Shown here one piece after another: positions 28,492 to 46,079 of a DNA stretch of 64,000 nt. The DNA is from Octopus vulgaris (Eukaryota). The DNA lies in contig OX597839.1 of assembly GCA_951406725.2 (NCBI GenBank), positions 40,858,001 through 40,922,000 on the forward strand, read 5' to 3'. Under the pieces are notes generated by a model. The model searched no databases and was not told the origin of the DNA. It saw only the letters and a list, made by a program, of their open reading frames with translations. Numbering within the stretch: the stretch's first letter is position 1; every line of letters begins with the position of its first letter. Made by a program: the position numbers and the translations under genes.

Positions 28492-28744
28492 AACACAAAA
28501 ATATTTCTTCACTTACACACCTCTACATACATATACACACACCATTAAAAAACACACGGACCACTTTTCCTTATGCCAGTTTCAGAACAAGGATTTTATG
28601 TGTGCACACATACATCTCCGTTCCTCTTCCCTTCTTAAATCCCTCGTTGCAACTGCATCCCTTCCTGGCTCCTAACATCTCTTTTAATTTTCCTTTCTTC
28701 TCTTCCCAATTGTCTTTCTCTTTCTCACTCCTCCTATATGCTTT

Positions 28745-28780
28745 TCTTCAGATGAAGGATTAATGTCCGAAACGTTTAAG
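28745..28780 (+). ncRNA. Decayed minimal hammerhead-like motif
   Basis: CAGAUGA-A-GGA(uuaaug)UCC-GAA-ACGU-U; downstream ctaatac resembles family H1; (TA)n follows at ~28855. Confidence 0.45.
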
Positions 28781-28850
28781 CTTATTCCTTTCCTTCCTTT
28801 ATACGTTAAGCTAATACAACCTCTGTTAATCTAATATAATCCCTCCTTCT

Positions 28851-28905
<55 letters not shown>

Positions 28906-28965
28906 ACAAACACACATACACGTTTATATGTATACATGCATATATATTAGCGTGTGTGTATACAT

Positions 28966-29085
<120 letters not shown>

Positions 29086-29140
29086 TAGATAGATAGATAG
29101 ATAGATATAGATAATAGATGGATGGATGGATGGATGGATG

Positions 29141-29241
<101 letters not shown>

Positions 29242-29494
29242 GTAAACGAATAGCTAGTTGGACTGATTAATAACCGGATATGTATATAACTAGACAGAGA
29301 GTGTTATTCCTTATACACACACAGAGACACACACACACAGAAAAACACACACACATATGTATGTGAATATGCATATACACTTGTACGTGCAAAAAGGCAT
29401 GTAGATGGATCTAGAATATATTGATGTATATATGATACACTATATATATGTAAATATGCAGATATATGTGTGTGTGCATACATACAGACATACA

Positions 29495-30109
29495 CACATA
29501 CATACATACATACATACATACATACATACATACATACATACATACATACATACATACATACATACATACATACATACGTACATACATACATACATACATA
29601 CATACATACATACATACATACGTACGTACGTACGTACGTACATACATACATACATACATACATACATACATACATACATACATACATACATACATACATA
29701 CATACATACATACATACATACATACATACATACATACATACATACATACATACATACATACATACATACATACATACATACATACATACATACATACATA
29801 CATACATACACGCTGACCATCCATTTCTTTCTATTTTCCATGGTTTCGCAAAACAGAATAATGCAGAGACAAGCATTTCTTTCTCTTCCTCTTTTCTTTT
29901 GTCTTTTGTTTCGCTCTAAGAAACGGCAGACCGGAAGGTAAGCTTTACAAAAATACATATTTTATTCAAAACTATCTGTCTGTGGTGGACATATTGAAGG
30001 AGGTGTATAAATCTTTCTGACATCGATGCCGTGTATAAGATTATTCACAACTAAACATATACGTGTGTGTGTGTGTGCGTGTGTGTGTTTCGTGCGTGTG
30101 TGTGTTTGT

Positions 30110-30156
<47 letters not shown>

Positions 30157-30179
30157 TGTGTGTGTTTGTGTGTGTTTGT

Positions 30180-30242
<63 letters not shown>

Positions 30243-30270
30243 TGTGAGTGTTTGTGTGTGTGTGTGTGTT

Positions 30271-30319
<49 letters not shown>

Positions 30320-30565
30320 GTGTGTTCGTGCGTGTGTGTGTGTGCGTGTATGTGTGTGTTTGTGTGTGTTTGTGTGTGTGTGTATGTGTGTGTGTATGTG
30401 TGTGTTTGTGTGTGTGTCTGTGTGTATGTGTTTGTGTGTGTGTGTGTTTGTGTGTGTGTGCGTATATGTGTGTTTGTGTGTGTGTGTATGTGTGTGTGTA
30501 TGTGTGTGTGTGTGTCTGTGTGTGTGTTTGTGTGTGTGTGTGCGTGTGTGTGTGTGTGTGTGTCT
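29495..30565. repeat. (CATA)n array (29495-29810) and (TG)n array (30060-30565)
   Basis: Direct reading. Confidence 0.95.
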
Positions 30566-31599
30566 ACGTATGTGATTACTTGTAAATGTGTGTACTTAAT
30601 TGTATATATGTATCTGTTCGTGTGTTTTCGTTGTCTGCTTATCTATGTTTCTGCGTGTATATGCGTCTGTATACGTATGGGCATCTGGTTCTATGTGTAT
30701 GTATGCTTTTTTATGTGTATGTGTTTCTATGTGTGCATATATGTCCTTCAGATATTTTGTGTCGTTTTTTATGCGATGCTTTGTATTTCTTGTTTTTCGT
30801 CTCTTGTTTCCATTTTTTGTCAGTTTATTCGTGTATCTGCTTTTACATTGTCTCATATTCTTAACATTATGTTTCTGCATATGTAGGTATCTATATGTTA
30901 TATTTATACATACATACATTCATACATACGTACGTGCGAGCGTGCGTACGTGTGTGTATGCTTGTGTGTAGTCAAGACACTGGGCGAGCTGCCAAAGGCT
31001 TCGTCCTTCGAACTCATTTTCCACCTGTTCACACATACTACATTCTGAAGCTTTCGAATTGAGGAGCACGTGGAAAAAAACATCCTAAGATTTAAACCAT
31101 ACAAAATGGAAGGGGAAGTAGTGATCTGAAACTCTTCAAAATCCTTCCCATTTTGACATTTATTTAAACATTAGATCAGCAATATTCGAGAAATGCAGAC
31201 TCTTCGAAAAGCACCTGTGCTGGAAATGGAATTTACTTTTTTTATCGGACATCCGAAATTTCATCAATTTAGACATTTTCACTCCATTTTGTATTCTGCT
31301 ATTCATCTTCCATCTTTCCCTTATTCTTCTATTTATTTTTTTCCTCGAAGACCCATTTTTTCCCCGCAACACTGCTATTTTCTTCACCTTATCCTTGTTG
31401 TTAGCATTTTCTCTTAATCCCACATAAATTATTTGTTCGACTTTTAATAAAATAAAAAAAAGAATTTTTCAATCTCCTGAAGCAATTTAGAGGAAGTTCA
31501 CTTCTACTAACTAAGAGTTATTCATCTTAATGATTTTACAAATATTTTTTTTCGAATAATATTTTCATAATACCACTGGACACATGAGGATGCGAATAT

Positions 31600-32000
31600 A
31601 GAACATGAAACCCTTGGTGGTCATCACAGTGTCTTTGAACACACACACAATTATGTAGTATGTTCTACGACCACACATGTGAAGTGCAAAAAGAAAAACA
31701 TTATATACCAGATTAAGTGCCAGGAAGGGACTTGCGCGGTTATCCCAGAGTCCTATATTGGTGAGACATCTAGGAGCATCAATGATAGGTTCAAAGAACA
31801 CCTGGACAATTTTACTGAGATAAAACCAAACTCCATCTTCTATAAGGATGCTGTTGACTGCCACAACGGCTCCTTAGGGAGACTTAGGTTAGACATCCTA
31901 TCTACACATGCCACTGATGAAATGCTGAGGCAAGTCAACTAAGTTGTCTTTATACAGGAATACAAGCACACCCTCAGCCGTATATCCGAATGGGGTAACA
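31600..32000 (+). pseudogene. Penelope-like element GIY-YIG endonuclease fragment
   Basis: KCKKKNIIYQIKCQEGTC...SYIGETSRSINDRFKEH..LDIL..LRQVN*VVFIQ: hallmark PLE GIY-YIG motifs with an internal stop. Confidence 0.88.
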
Positions 32001-32239
32001 CCCAGATTCCACTCGGGAGTACCCATCGATAATCACCCCTTTCTCTCATGTGTGTGCTTGTGTGTGTGTGTGTGTGTGTGTGTGTTTGTGCGCGTGCGTA
32101 TGTGTGTGAGAGAGAGTGTGTGCATGTGTGTTATAGACACCTACCTATCCTGACACGCAAACAGGTAAAGACATAGATAAATAAATAGTCAACCAGGTAG
32201 CCAGCCAGCAAGCCAGACAGACAGACAGACGGACGGACG

Positions 32240-32353
<114 letters not shown>

Positions 32354-33294
32354 TAGACAGATAGATAGGTATGTTATGGTAGATAGATAGATAGATAGAT
32401 AGGTATGTTATGGTTTTATTGTTCCATATCCATTCTTTTATAATTCATCTCTGTCCATCCTACTCACTTTCTTCCCATCTAACTCCCTTCATCTTCTGAT
32501 CAATCCCCCTTCTCTCTCTCTCTCTCTCTCTCTCACTCTCTCTCTCTCTATTTCTCGCTCCTGTCACACACATACACACTCAATATTTGTCTCCCTTTGC
32601 AACTGTTGATACATTCTCGTATCCGCCATTTTCTCGTTATTATTTATCACGCCACTCTTCCGTATTGTGTACAAACAATACTCGACTTGGGTAGAAACTC
32701 GCTGGACGCCATTTTGTCATTTTCTCCACAAAGCTTTGTTACGTGCCTAAACACAAAGATACGTACACACACACACTGCATTTGTAGTCAAACACACACG
32801 TACACACAAGTATGCTCAATGAATATAGGTTTGTTTTGTTTTTGTTTGGGTAGATATGGAGAAATATAATTGCAAGAATCGTTCTTAGGTATATATATAT
32901 TTTCTATGTGGATGTATCTGTGTATCTGTGTGTGTGTGTGTGTGTTTGTGAATGCTTGCACGTGTGCTTACGTGAATGTATATCTTTATGTATATGTATG
33001 CGAATGTTTTCCTATCGACGTGTACATATGAATAAAGGCATACATGCTTATGTGTATAGAAGTATGCGTGCATGAATACATACATATATATATATATATG
33101 TGCATGTATACGTGTGTGTGTGTGTGTGAGTGTGTGCTAAGGGCTAATGTACTAAGTGACTGAATGCATATATACCACCTATGGATAAATGCAGAATATA
33201 TACATGAGTCATGCGTACACATACATACACACATATGCATGTATATGTATATACATATATATATATATATATATATCATTATCATTATTATTAT

Positions 33295-33337
<43 letters not shown>

Positions 33338-33402
33338 CGTAGTAGTAGTAGTAGTAGTAGTAGTAGTATCATTATTTTTATTATCATTATTATTATTATT
33401 AT

Positions 33403-33598
33403 TGAGTGAGAGAGCAGTACATGCCATCAAAGTGACACTGGGGTAAAATATACGAAGCCCAGTATACCCATCATAGGTACCTGTCTGATAAGGGTACACC
33501 AGGCACATGCATCACAACCCTATGTGCGCGACATGGTTGATCTCATATCAAAACAAACAGCACATGACCTTGCAGGTGGGGACCAGTTAGAATTTTCT
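33403..33598 (-). mobile_element. Probable non-LTR 3' UTR abutting (ATT)n
   Basis: Unique segment whose minus-strand end runs into (AAT)n; a Dong/R4-like TAA-targeting origin is inference only. Confidence 0.35.
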
Positions 33599-33668
33599 AA
33601 CCATCACTACCACTACTACAACTGCTACTTCCAGCATCATCAGCATTAGCAACACAATCACCACCTTG

Positions 33669-34320
<652 letters not shown>

Positions 34321-34588
34321 CCGATTCACCAAGAGCAACGGCTGCGTCACCACCATCATCAATATGCACCGCCACCATCACCGTCACCATCACCGCCAGT
34401 ATCATCACCACCATCATCACCCCCCACCCACTACCACCGTCAGTGACCCTTCAAGTTATTCTCGGCTATTCTCGTCGTGTCGAACGAGATTTATTTTCAG
34501 GAAATTAAATCGCCTGTTTTACGAAAAGTCTTACAAAGCTTTCTGAACAGCCTTAAGTATTTCACAGATAAATGTCTACTTTTAAAAA

Positions 34589-34620
<32 letters not shown>

Positions 34621-34706
34621 ACCCTCTTTCTCTCTTTCTTGCTCTCCCTCTCTGTCTATCTATCTATCTGTCTATCTCCCTCTCTACCCCTATCTCTCTT
34701 TCTTTC

Positions 34707-34786
<80 letters not shown>

Positions 34787-34939
34787 TGTATGTATGTATG
34801 TTGTATGTATGTATGTATGTATGTATGTATGTATGTATATATATATAGAAGCACGTGACAATGTATATGTACGTATATCCACAGATGTCTATGTGTGTAT
34901 ATATTTTAATACATATATGTGCGTATATAGATGTACATG

Positions 34940-34988
<49 letters not shown>

Positions 34989-35253
34989 GTGTGTGTGTGT
35001 GTGTGCGTTTATACATATATATATACACACACACGCACACATAAGCATGCATATATCTGTGTGTGTTCTGGTTTTTGTATCTCCCTATCTATTTCTTTAT
35101 ATATTCTTTTCTATCTTCTCATCACTCTACATATTTAATAATTTTAACCACTCACCTATTTTTCCCTTTATCTCTTTGTCTATCTGCCTGTTTCTCTATC
35201 TATACGTCTAACTGCCTTGTTATGAGTCTATCTATCTATCGATCATCGATTTG

Positions 35254-35322
<69 letters not shown>

Positions 35323-35352
35323 GTCTTTATCTGTCTATCTATCTATCTATCC

Positions 35353-35415
<63 letters not shown>

Positions 35416-35535
35416 CATCTATCTATCTATCTATCTGACTGTTTATCTATCTATCTGTCTGTCTGCCTTTTCATCTCTCCCTCTCCCTCACTTTCTCTCA
35501 TTCACCCTCTCCCTCTCTCTCTCTCTCTCTCTCTT

Positions 35536-35626
<91 letters not shown>

Positions 35627-35819
35627 CCTTTTGTAGCTTTAACAGTTCTGTCTATTTATCTGTAGTGTTCTTAGCAATCTGTCTGCATACCGATCGAATT
35701 CACACTGCATCTCCTCGTCAACCTCTCTACCTACCTACTTATATACTCATCAAATTTATCTATGTATATATATATAGAGAGAGGGGAAATAGATAGACAG
35801 ACAGACAGACAGACAGATA

Positions 35820-36627
<808 letters not shown>

Positions 36628-36970
36628 ATATATGTATGTATATATGTATGTATGTATGTAAGCATATATGTATGTATGTATGTATTTATCTTTTCGTCAA
36701 TCATTCTATTGACCAACCTATCTATACATTCATCTATCTCTCTATCCATTTATTTATCTGTCTGTTTGTCTCTTTATCTATCTGGCTACGTATCTATGTA
36801 TCCGTCTGTCTATTTGTCTATCTATTTATCTATCTGTCCACCTATCAATCTATCAATCTATCTGTCTGTCAATCTGTTTATCTATCTACCTATCTGCCCA
36901 TCTGTCTATCTGTGTCTCTATCTATCTGCCTGTCTGTCTATCTATATATATATATATATATATATATCTA

Positions 36971-37021
<51 letters not shown>

Positions 37022-37109
37022 CTATCTATTTGTCTGTCTTCCTTGTCTATCTATCTGTCTATCTATCAATGTATCTATCTATATATTTGCCTTTCTCTCT
37101 CTCTCTCTG

Positions 37110-37142
<33 letters not shown>

Positions 37143-37681
37143 ACCTGCCTATTTATTTATTTATTTATTTATCCTCTCATACAGCCTTTTATCCTCTTCC
37201 CTTCATCTCCCATTTATCCTCTTCATAGTAAAGGAAAAACACTTCCCTCGTAGACATATTCAGAACCGTATGTACAAGAGGATAAAAACGGAGACAAGAA
37301 TAGACGAATTGTCCGTGGATAAGAAAACCGGAAGGATTCTTATAGCTGATCGTGGTTAACATTTTTGATGAACACTCAGTCAGATTGACAACAACATTTA
37401 TAAATAAACACGAAATATTAGCAAGCAAATATGGAACATATATAAAGCAAATAACAAACCTTATCTTCAAATACGTATATGTATGTATATGCGTATATGT
37501 GTGTGTGTGTGTCTAGTGAGTGTATGTATATATATATATATGCATGTATACATGCATATATATATATTCATGTACATACACACACTAGACACACACACAC
37601 ACACTCACACACGCATATACGCATATATATATATATATATGTATACATGTGTGTGTATGTATCTTTTATAAAATGCATATC

Positions 37682-37712
<31 letters not shown>

Positions 37713-37877
37713 CATACATACATGCATACACATATACGTGTATATATATATATGTATACATATATATATATACATATATATTCCTATATATAGGTATGTA
37801 TACATATATATATATGTGTATATATGTATATATATATATGTATGTATATATACATATATATATACATATAGATATAC

Positions 37878-37925
<48 letters not shown>

Positions 37926-37973
37926 GTATGTATGTATATATATATATATATCTATATATTTATATATATGATA

Positions 37974-38008
<35 letters not shown>

Positions 38009-38292
38009 ATATGTATATGTGTGTGTATGTGTGTGTGTATGTGTGTGTGTATTCTCTTTCCTGCGTTGCTATTGTTGTTGTTCTCGTTGTTATTGTTGTT
38101 GTTGTTCTCGTTGTCGTTGTTGTTGCTTTAGATTATGCTAATGAAAGAAGCGCGGCCGGCGATGTAACATGGTTATGCCGTTTTCTAAAAATATGTAATC
38201 TAAATATTTGCTAGTGAGGCTGAAGAACAAGGATTTACTGAGAGACAGAAAGTCGAGAGAAAGTAGATGGGAAAGCATGGCACACACACACA

Positions 38293-38335
<43 letters not shown>

Positions 38336-38514
38336 GCACACACATGTGTGTGTATTTGCTCTTGTGCTTAAGGGATATTGATGGGTTTTCGTTGACTCAT
38401 ATATACATTAGCTTCGTGCAATAAACGCAAGAAAAAAGATTCTCTGGCTGTGTGGTTAAGTAGCTCATCGCTGAACCATAGAGTTTCGGGTTCGAATTAA
38501 AAAGATACGCAACG

Positions 38515-38739
38515 GTTTTACTCTTTTACTCGTTTCAGTCATTTGACTGTGGCCATGCTGGAGCACCGCCTTTATTGACCGACCAAATTGACCCCCAGGA
38601 CTTATGCTTTGGATGTCTACTACTTATTTTATTGGTCACTTTTTGCCGAACCGCAAAAGTTACGGGGACATAAACACACCAGCATCGGTTGTCAAGCGAT
38701 GTTGGGGGGACAAACACAGACAAATAAACATACACATAC

Positions 38740-38796
<57 letters not shown>

Positions 38797-38849
38797 GAGA
38801 GAGAGAGAGAGAAAAAAAACCAAAGTGTACGTACGCTGCTATATATATA

Positions 38850-38888
<39 letters not shown>

Positions 38889-39062
38889 GACGGGATTTCA
38901 CACAGTTTCCGGCTACCAAAATTCATTCTCCGGGCATAGGTTGGCTCAAAGCTCAAGCAGAAGACGTTTACCTCCAGCTGCCGCGCAGTGAGATTGAACC
39001 TGAAATCACGTGGTTGTAAAGCGAGCTTCTTGACAACACACTCATGCCTGCGCGTAGCCATG
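38515..39062 (-). mobile_element. SINE family A with expanded internal microsatellite
   Basis: Tail 38515-38730, body and head 38885-39062. Confidence 0.85.
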
Positions 39063-39366
39063 CCTACGCTTATTCTAAGTCTTCTCTCCCGTCGCTAGTC
39101 TTCAGAATCAACGTGTACTGATATACATTGGATATGAAATACAAAACAAGGATAGAAAATAGCAAATATATATATATGAAATATCAAATACTGTTGAGAT
39201 ATGAAAACGAAAACAAAAATCTTTTGAAAGTGAATTAAGTATTAACATGATTGGCTGTCAAAATCCTGTGAATTTTTGGTGTTGATATATAGGAAAAAAA
39301 TATAGTTACTTCTGTGTTTGCCTGTGTATGTATATGAGTGTTTATATAAATAAACACACAAACACA

Positions 39367-39431
<65 letters not shown>

Positions 39432-39504
39432 TGTATTATATCAAATTAAATACACATTCGAAAGAGCTACTAATATACATTTTATATACATAGTGTAATA
39501 TATA

Positions 39505-39750
39505 TATGAGGTCTGATCAATTCAATTAGTATCCCGATTATTGCCATAGTAACGAAGCTAAAGCACGTAGAGTATGGAGAGGAGTGTATGAGTCGCACAC
39601 AAGGGTACGAGTGGTTCAGACGTTTCCAAGACAGCCGAAAAAATGTCGATATTGACGAATGTCCTGGGAGACCCGCAACAAGCAGAACTGAGAAAACATC
39701 GCAGATGTGAGTGCAGGTGCGAGGGGAAATCGTCCAATCACGTATATTTG
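39505..39750 (+). mobile_element. Mariner relic (TIR plus HTH fragment)
   Basis: TA-tgaggtctgatcaa start; YGEECMSRTQGYEWFRRFQDSRKNVDIDECPGRPATSRTE. Confidence 0.85.
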
Positions 39751-39997
39751 CCACTTAAATGTGGCTAACCACTAAGGGTGGATGGTACTGTAGCTTGTAG
39801 CCCCAGGAGAACATCTTCTCCAGCTGGCTATTGACACACTTTCTGTGCCCTATCAGTATTTGCAAAGGGAATCTAGCCTTCCCATCGTCGACACATTCGT
39901 AAAATTATATAGGTTGGTGAATATTTTTAGAAATTTCACCACCATTGGCTTAGCATGTATAAAAACTCAATTGACAACAAATTTTCAATATAAAATA

Positions 39998-40198
39998 GTG
40001 TATATTTAAACACAAGAGAAAACTAGCTTTAACAGGTAATTTTTACACGCTAGAAGAAGCAGAACAAGGTAAAACTTTTTATTTTTCATTCTCTTCGAAA
40101 ATTACTCATTAAATGTGGTTTCGGTCATTTTGACTGCTTCTTCTAGCGTGTAAAAATTACGTATTAAAGGTAGTTTTCTCGTGTGTTTAAATGTACAC
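39998..40198. mobile_element. Fold-back pLTR-like element
   Basis: Inverted arms ~39998-40062 and ~40133-40198; minus strand agaaga..gtc(aaaat)gac-c-gaaac is an eroded HHR-like motif. Confidence 0.6.
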
Positions 40199-40214
40199 AT
40201 ACACACATATAATT

Positions 40215-40870
<656 letters not shown>

Positions 40871-41199
40871 TCGCTAAACGGCAGTAAATCACCAATTTTT
40901 GTATTTTCATTGTTGTTGTTGTTTTATTTTCAGTAGACTTAATCGATAACACACCGTCTGTTTTTCAACAAACCGCAGGAACTGTCTACACCATATGGTT
41001 GGTGAGACGCCATCACCCCTCAGCAAATTTTCTCAAAAATTCAAATTTGCTACCACCCACTAACGGAGCTCTCTAAAAACAGAAATCGAAGTTGGTTTAA
41101 TCCAGAAGGTTTTGAAACATTAACTTAACAGGATATGAGACGTTTTGACGCAGCCGTTTTGGCGTCACCCTGTTGGCGTCGCTACTTCGAAACTGATTT

Positions 41200-41530
41200 A
41201 TTATTATTAGCAACATATTTGTGATGTATGAAGGTTAACAACGGCGTAACGACGTTTAATTGGGGCTCTTAACAACACATCTGTCATGAATGGAGTCTTT
41301 TAGCAACACATCTGCGGTGGGTATAGGTTATCAAGAGCATCTCTCTGATGGATGTAGGAAATAGCAACATCTCTAGGATTAGTTGAAGTTATTAGGAACA
41401 TCTCTATGGCGAGTGAAGGGGATTAGCATCAACTTTGCGACTAATGAACGTTATTAGCAACATCTTTATGATGGATGAAGTGAACTAGCAATATCTCTGT
41501 GATAACTGACAATTAGCAACACTTCTGACA
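41200..41530. repeat. Degenerate ~30-bp minisatellite
   Basis: Recurring ttagcaacatctct(g/a)tgatgga..gaag, about 10 diverged units. Confidence 0.65.
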
Positions 41531-41820
41531 AATGAAAAAGGTTTAGTGACTAGCGATCTATCACATACATATACATATGTGAAGGCGCATGGTTTAATGG
41601 TTATTGTTCAGGTCACTGCCTGGAATCGAACTCGGAATCTTGGGCATATGGTGTAGTGGTTAAGAGCGCGGCTACTCTTGTTTATATCGGTAGCAGGGAG
41701 GTAAATTCTCACCAGCTCCAGCGCTGAGATCACCAGATCACGTGATTTCAACCTTCATTGGTCTTATCAGTGTGGACGCACGACCGCTAAAGATAGCAAC
41801 GCCTCGTCTCCCCGCCAGGG

Positions 41821-42218
41821 ATATATAGAATATATAAAAGTGAGGTTGTGTGTCTGTCTCCTACGATTTAGATTCCTAACTACTCCCACATTTTGCGGTG
41901 CAGTTTAACCAAAACCGGGTATCTTATAGTCGTAATTCATATCGAGCCCTTCTGGGTATTAGCGCGCGTCTACGATGAGTCTACGATTTAAAAAAAAATT
42001 ACTATCATTTTTTCTATTTTAATGCATTTTTTCGCTATTATATAAGGGAAGTAACTCTCTAAAAATGTCTACGATGAGTCAACGATTTTTTAAAAAATTT
42101 ACCATAATTTTTTTTCCATTTTTAATGCATTTTTTGCTATTTTTTGGCTATAACTCTCTAAAAATGCTTTATAGTTATTTCCCTTACAAACCCAAGCAAC
42201 GCCGGGCGATACTGCTAG
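41821..42218 (+). mobile_element. Non-autonomous Helitron-like element
   Basis: 5' tatataaaag..gtgtgtctgtc; 3' ccc..gcaacgc.ggg hairpin then CTAG|T (42215-42219); internal ~70-bp direct repeat. Confidence 0.75.
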
Positions 42219-42949
42219 TAGAATATATAACAGTGACAGAACAGTATAGTTTGTCTTAAAAGAGCACCCACGTTTAACGGGGACAAATATTACCTCTCAA
42301 TTTTAGGCGTAGTTTTATGAGTTTTGAAGTGACGATCTTATTCATTTTTATAAATGTAATTTTAGCTTTATCTATTCTATGAGCAACTTCTACACACCCT
42401 TCTTGTCTTTAAAAGAAATTAAAAAAACATGTTGAGTAATGTAATCGTTGAGACATTTATAAAAAAAAAGCGTTCAAGTCGCCACCGTCCTCAATAGGGG
42501 ATGGTCACGGCTAAAATTTCTTAATGGTTTTGCTTGATAATAAGAGCCATTTTAATTTATTTTTATCTTTTGGCTTTGTTGTGTTTTTGCTACAAAATAC
42601 AATGGTTTTGTTCAATGATGCAAAATATCAGCGAACATCAACGAACATCAGCGAACAACATCGACAAGTTTTAAACGAAACTGCCACAAATTGACAATTT
42701 TTATTTTATTTTTTATTTATTTTTTTTTTGTTTTTTTTTTCACTTTTGATTAAAAATACAACATTGTGTCGTCTGGTTTTAAGGAAACTGGCAGTAAATT
42801 AACATGTAGCAATAGCAATAACAACAAGCCCAAAGACGAAGACGGCAACGAGAACGACAACAAGAACGCAAGAAAACAATAATAACATTACCTGCGACAA
42901 CAACAACAACAACTATAGAATATTAACAACCATAACAACAACGACAACA

Positions 42950-42954
42950 ACAAA

Positions 42955-42997
<43 letters not shown>

Positions 42998-43051
42998 GTA
43001 ATAATAATAGTAATAGTAATAGTAATAACAACAATAATAATAATAATAATA

Positions 43052-43141
<90 letters not shown>

Positions 43142-43198
43142 ATAATAATAATAATAATAATAATAATAGTAATAATAATAATAATAATAATAATAGTA

Positions 43199-43240
<42 letters not shown>

Positions 43241-43249
43241 GTAATAGTA

Positions 43250-43291
<42 letters not shown>

Positions 43292-43294
43292 GTA

Positions 43295-43345
<51 letters not shown>

Positions 43346-43354
43346 GTAATAGTA

Positions 43355-43409
<55 letters not shown>

Positions 43410-43439
43410 TGATAATAATGATAATAATAATAGTAATAA

Positions 43440-43480
<41 letters not shown>

Positions 43481-43486
43481 TTAAAA

Positions 43487-43547
<61 letters not shown>

Positions 43548-43560
43548 CAGCAACAACAAT
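42950..43560. repeat. (AAT)n/(AGT)n microsatellite
   Basis: Direct reading; source of the poly-L ORF. Confidence 0.95.
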
Positions 43561-44437
43561 AACAAAAAAAAATTAACAACTATGGTGGCTGCGAGAAAAA
43601 AAGATTTTGTAACATTTACAGCAGCAACAGCGAAAACAGGAACAATAATAACACCAGCAACAACAACAACAACAACAATGACAACAACAAGCTTCATTCC
43701 TATGATCCACAGATGTGGTTGCAGAAACACCATCACCGCCGCCCACCAGACACAACTACCACCCCCCTCCACCGCCACCGCCACCATCGCTGCCTCAACA
43801 GTCACCGTCACCCACCACCACCACCACTTCTTAGTTACGGTCTTTCTCAAGAGTGTGCCGGTGTCGCCATTCGAGATGGTGCCAAGTGGCGCACCTCTCC
43901 TTGTTAATTAATGATGATGATGGTGATGATGATGTTGGTGAAGAAGAAGAAGGTGATGATTCTGATGATGATGGTAGTGGTGGTGGTGGTGGTGGTGGTG
44001 GTGGTGGTAGTGGTGGTAGTGGTGGTGGTGATGGTGGTAATGGTGGTGATGATGATGATGGTGATGATGATGGTGGTGATGATGATGATGAAGAGGAAGA
44101 GAAGAAGAAGAAGAAGAAGAAGAAGAAGAAGAAGAAGGGAGGAGGAGGAGGACGACGAAGAAGGAAATGAAGGAGGAGGATAAGGAAGAGGAAGAGAAGT
44201 GTTCAAATATTTTCGGTCGTCTGCATGTCTTGTTTATCTCATTTTTACATATTTTTTTTTCTTTATATTCCGTTTTGTTCGATTTCTCTCTCTCTCTTCT
44301 TTCTTCCTTTTTTTGTGATGTTGTTCGTCTTTTTCATGTTCTTTTTCTTCTTCGTATTCTTCTTCTTCTTCTTCTTCATCATCATCATCTTCTCCTCCTC
44401 CTCCTCCTCCTTATCATCATCATTATTATTACCATGC

Positions 44438-44566
44438 TGCCGAGGTCGACTTTGCTTGTCATCGTTTCGGGATCGATAAATTAAGTATCAGTGAATCACT
44501 GGCGTTGATGTAATCGACTTATCCCCTTAACCAAAAATTTCAGGCCCCGTGCCTTTAGCAGAAAGG
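44438..44566 (+). mobile_element. SINE family B-related fragment ending in (ATT)n
   Basis: gccgaggtcgactttgcttgtcatcgtttcgggatcgataaattaagta matches the family B body, with a different tail. Confidence 0.7.
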
Positions 44567-44573
44567 ATCATCA

Positions 44574-44680
<107 letters not shown>

Positions 44681-45375
44681 GCTGTTGTTGTTGTTATCAT
44701 TACACTTTTTCTTCTTCGTATCACTCGTATTCTTCTTCATATTCTCTTTTGTAATTTCATTCTTTTTCCTTCAAATTATTTTTCTTCTTCGTCATCTTCA
44801 TTTTACTTCATTTGTATTCTCTTATATTTTATCAGTTTTCATTCGTCTTTTTTGTTTTCTACTTTCATCTCCTCTTCTTCCTCCTCCTCTTAATGTTCTT
44901 CTTCTTCTTCTTCTTCTTCCTCTTCCTCCTTCATTATTTCTTTTCAATTTTCTTCATTTTCTACCTCTTCTATCTTCGGTTTTCTTCTTATTTTCTTCTC
45001 TTTCCTTATCTTGTTCTTGTATCTTTTTTCCTCTTCTTTATCCTTGTTTTTCTTCCCACTTATTCCCCTTCTCTCTCTTTCTTTCTCTCTCTCTCTCTCT
45101 CCATCTCTCTTCCTTACTTTATCTCTCTCTACCACTCTCTCATGCACACGCATGAGCATTCTCTTTCTGCCTTTCTCACTCTCTCTCTCTCTCTCTCTGC
45201 ACATCTCTTTTATTTATTTCTCTTTCTCTCTCTCTCTCCCTTTGTCTCTCTCTCTCTCTTTGTCTCTCTCTCACTCTCTGCACTTCTCTTTCTCTTTCTT
45301 TCTTTCTCTCTCTATTTTCTCTCTCTCTCTGCTCCTCTCTCTCTCTCTCTCTCTTTGCACACTTCTCTTTCTCTT

Positions 45376-45414
<39 letters not shown>

Positions 45415-45629
45415 TCTTCTCTTTCTTTCTCTTTGTTTTTCCATTCTCCTTCCTTACGGCAATCTGATTTCAAAATGAAGAATTTACCGAAAAAGAAAAA
45501 TAATTGGAAACAAAAACTAAAAATAAAATGAAATAAAATAAAATACATAAAAAGAAAGAAAAAAAACATTCAAGCAGAAATGGAAACAAAAATCTAAAAG
45601 TTAAATGAATACACAAACAAGCAAATGAA

Positions 45630-45672
<43 letters not shown>

Positions 45673-46079
45673 AGGAGCCATTATTTCCAAATGGAATTCT
45701 TAAGTAAGGTGTGATTCCAAGAGAAGATGAACAGCAAAGTGAAAGTGAAAGTGAAAGTTGAAAAAGGCGGGAAGAAAAGAGGGTACGAGCTTATGGTGAT
45801 AGTAATGGCGGCGGCGACGGGAGAAAGAAAGATGTTTATCTCGTTACGAGTGCAGATTTTTAGATTATTTCTGTTGATCAGTGATCACCTACATTTTCAA
45901 GGAATTCGTTAGCAAAATTCACGGGAGTTGACGAAAATTATTATCATCGTCACAATCATCGTCATTATCGACATCGTCGTCGTCGTCAGCAACATCGTCG
46001 CCTTTGCTGTCGTTGTTTTGTACATCCATCACAGCTATGATAAAGTTTAGCTGGCAATACGTTTTATCGTCAAAATAAC

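Noticed and set aside
31913-31925. CTGATGA motif
   Set aside because: Lies in the GIY-YIG coding relic with no supporting stems
41578-41675. tRNA gene
   Set aside because: Only fragmentary A/B boxes from SINE heads; no cloverleaf
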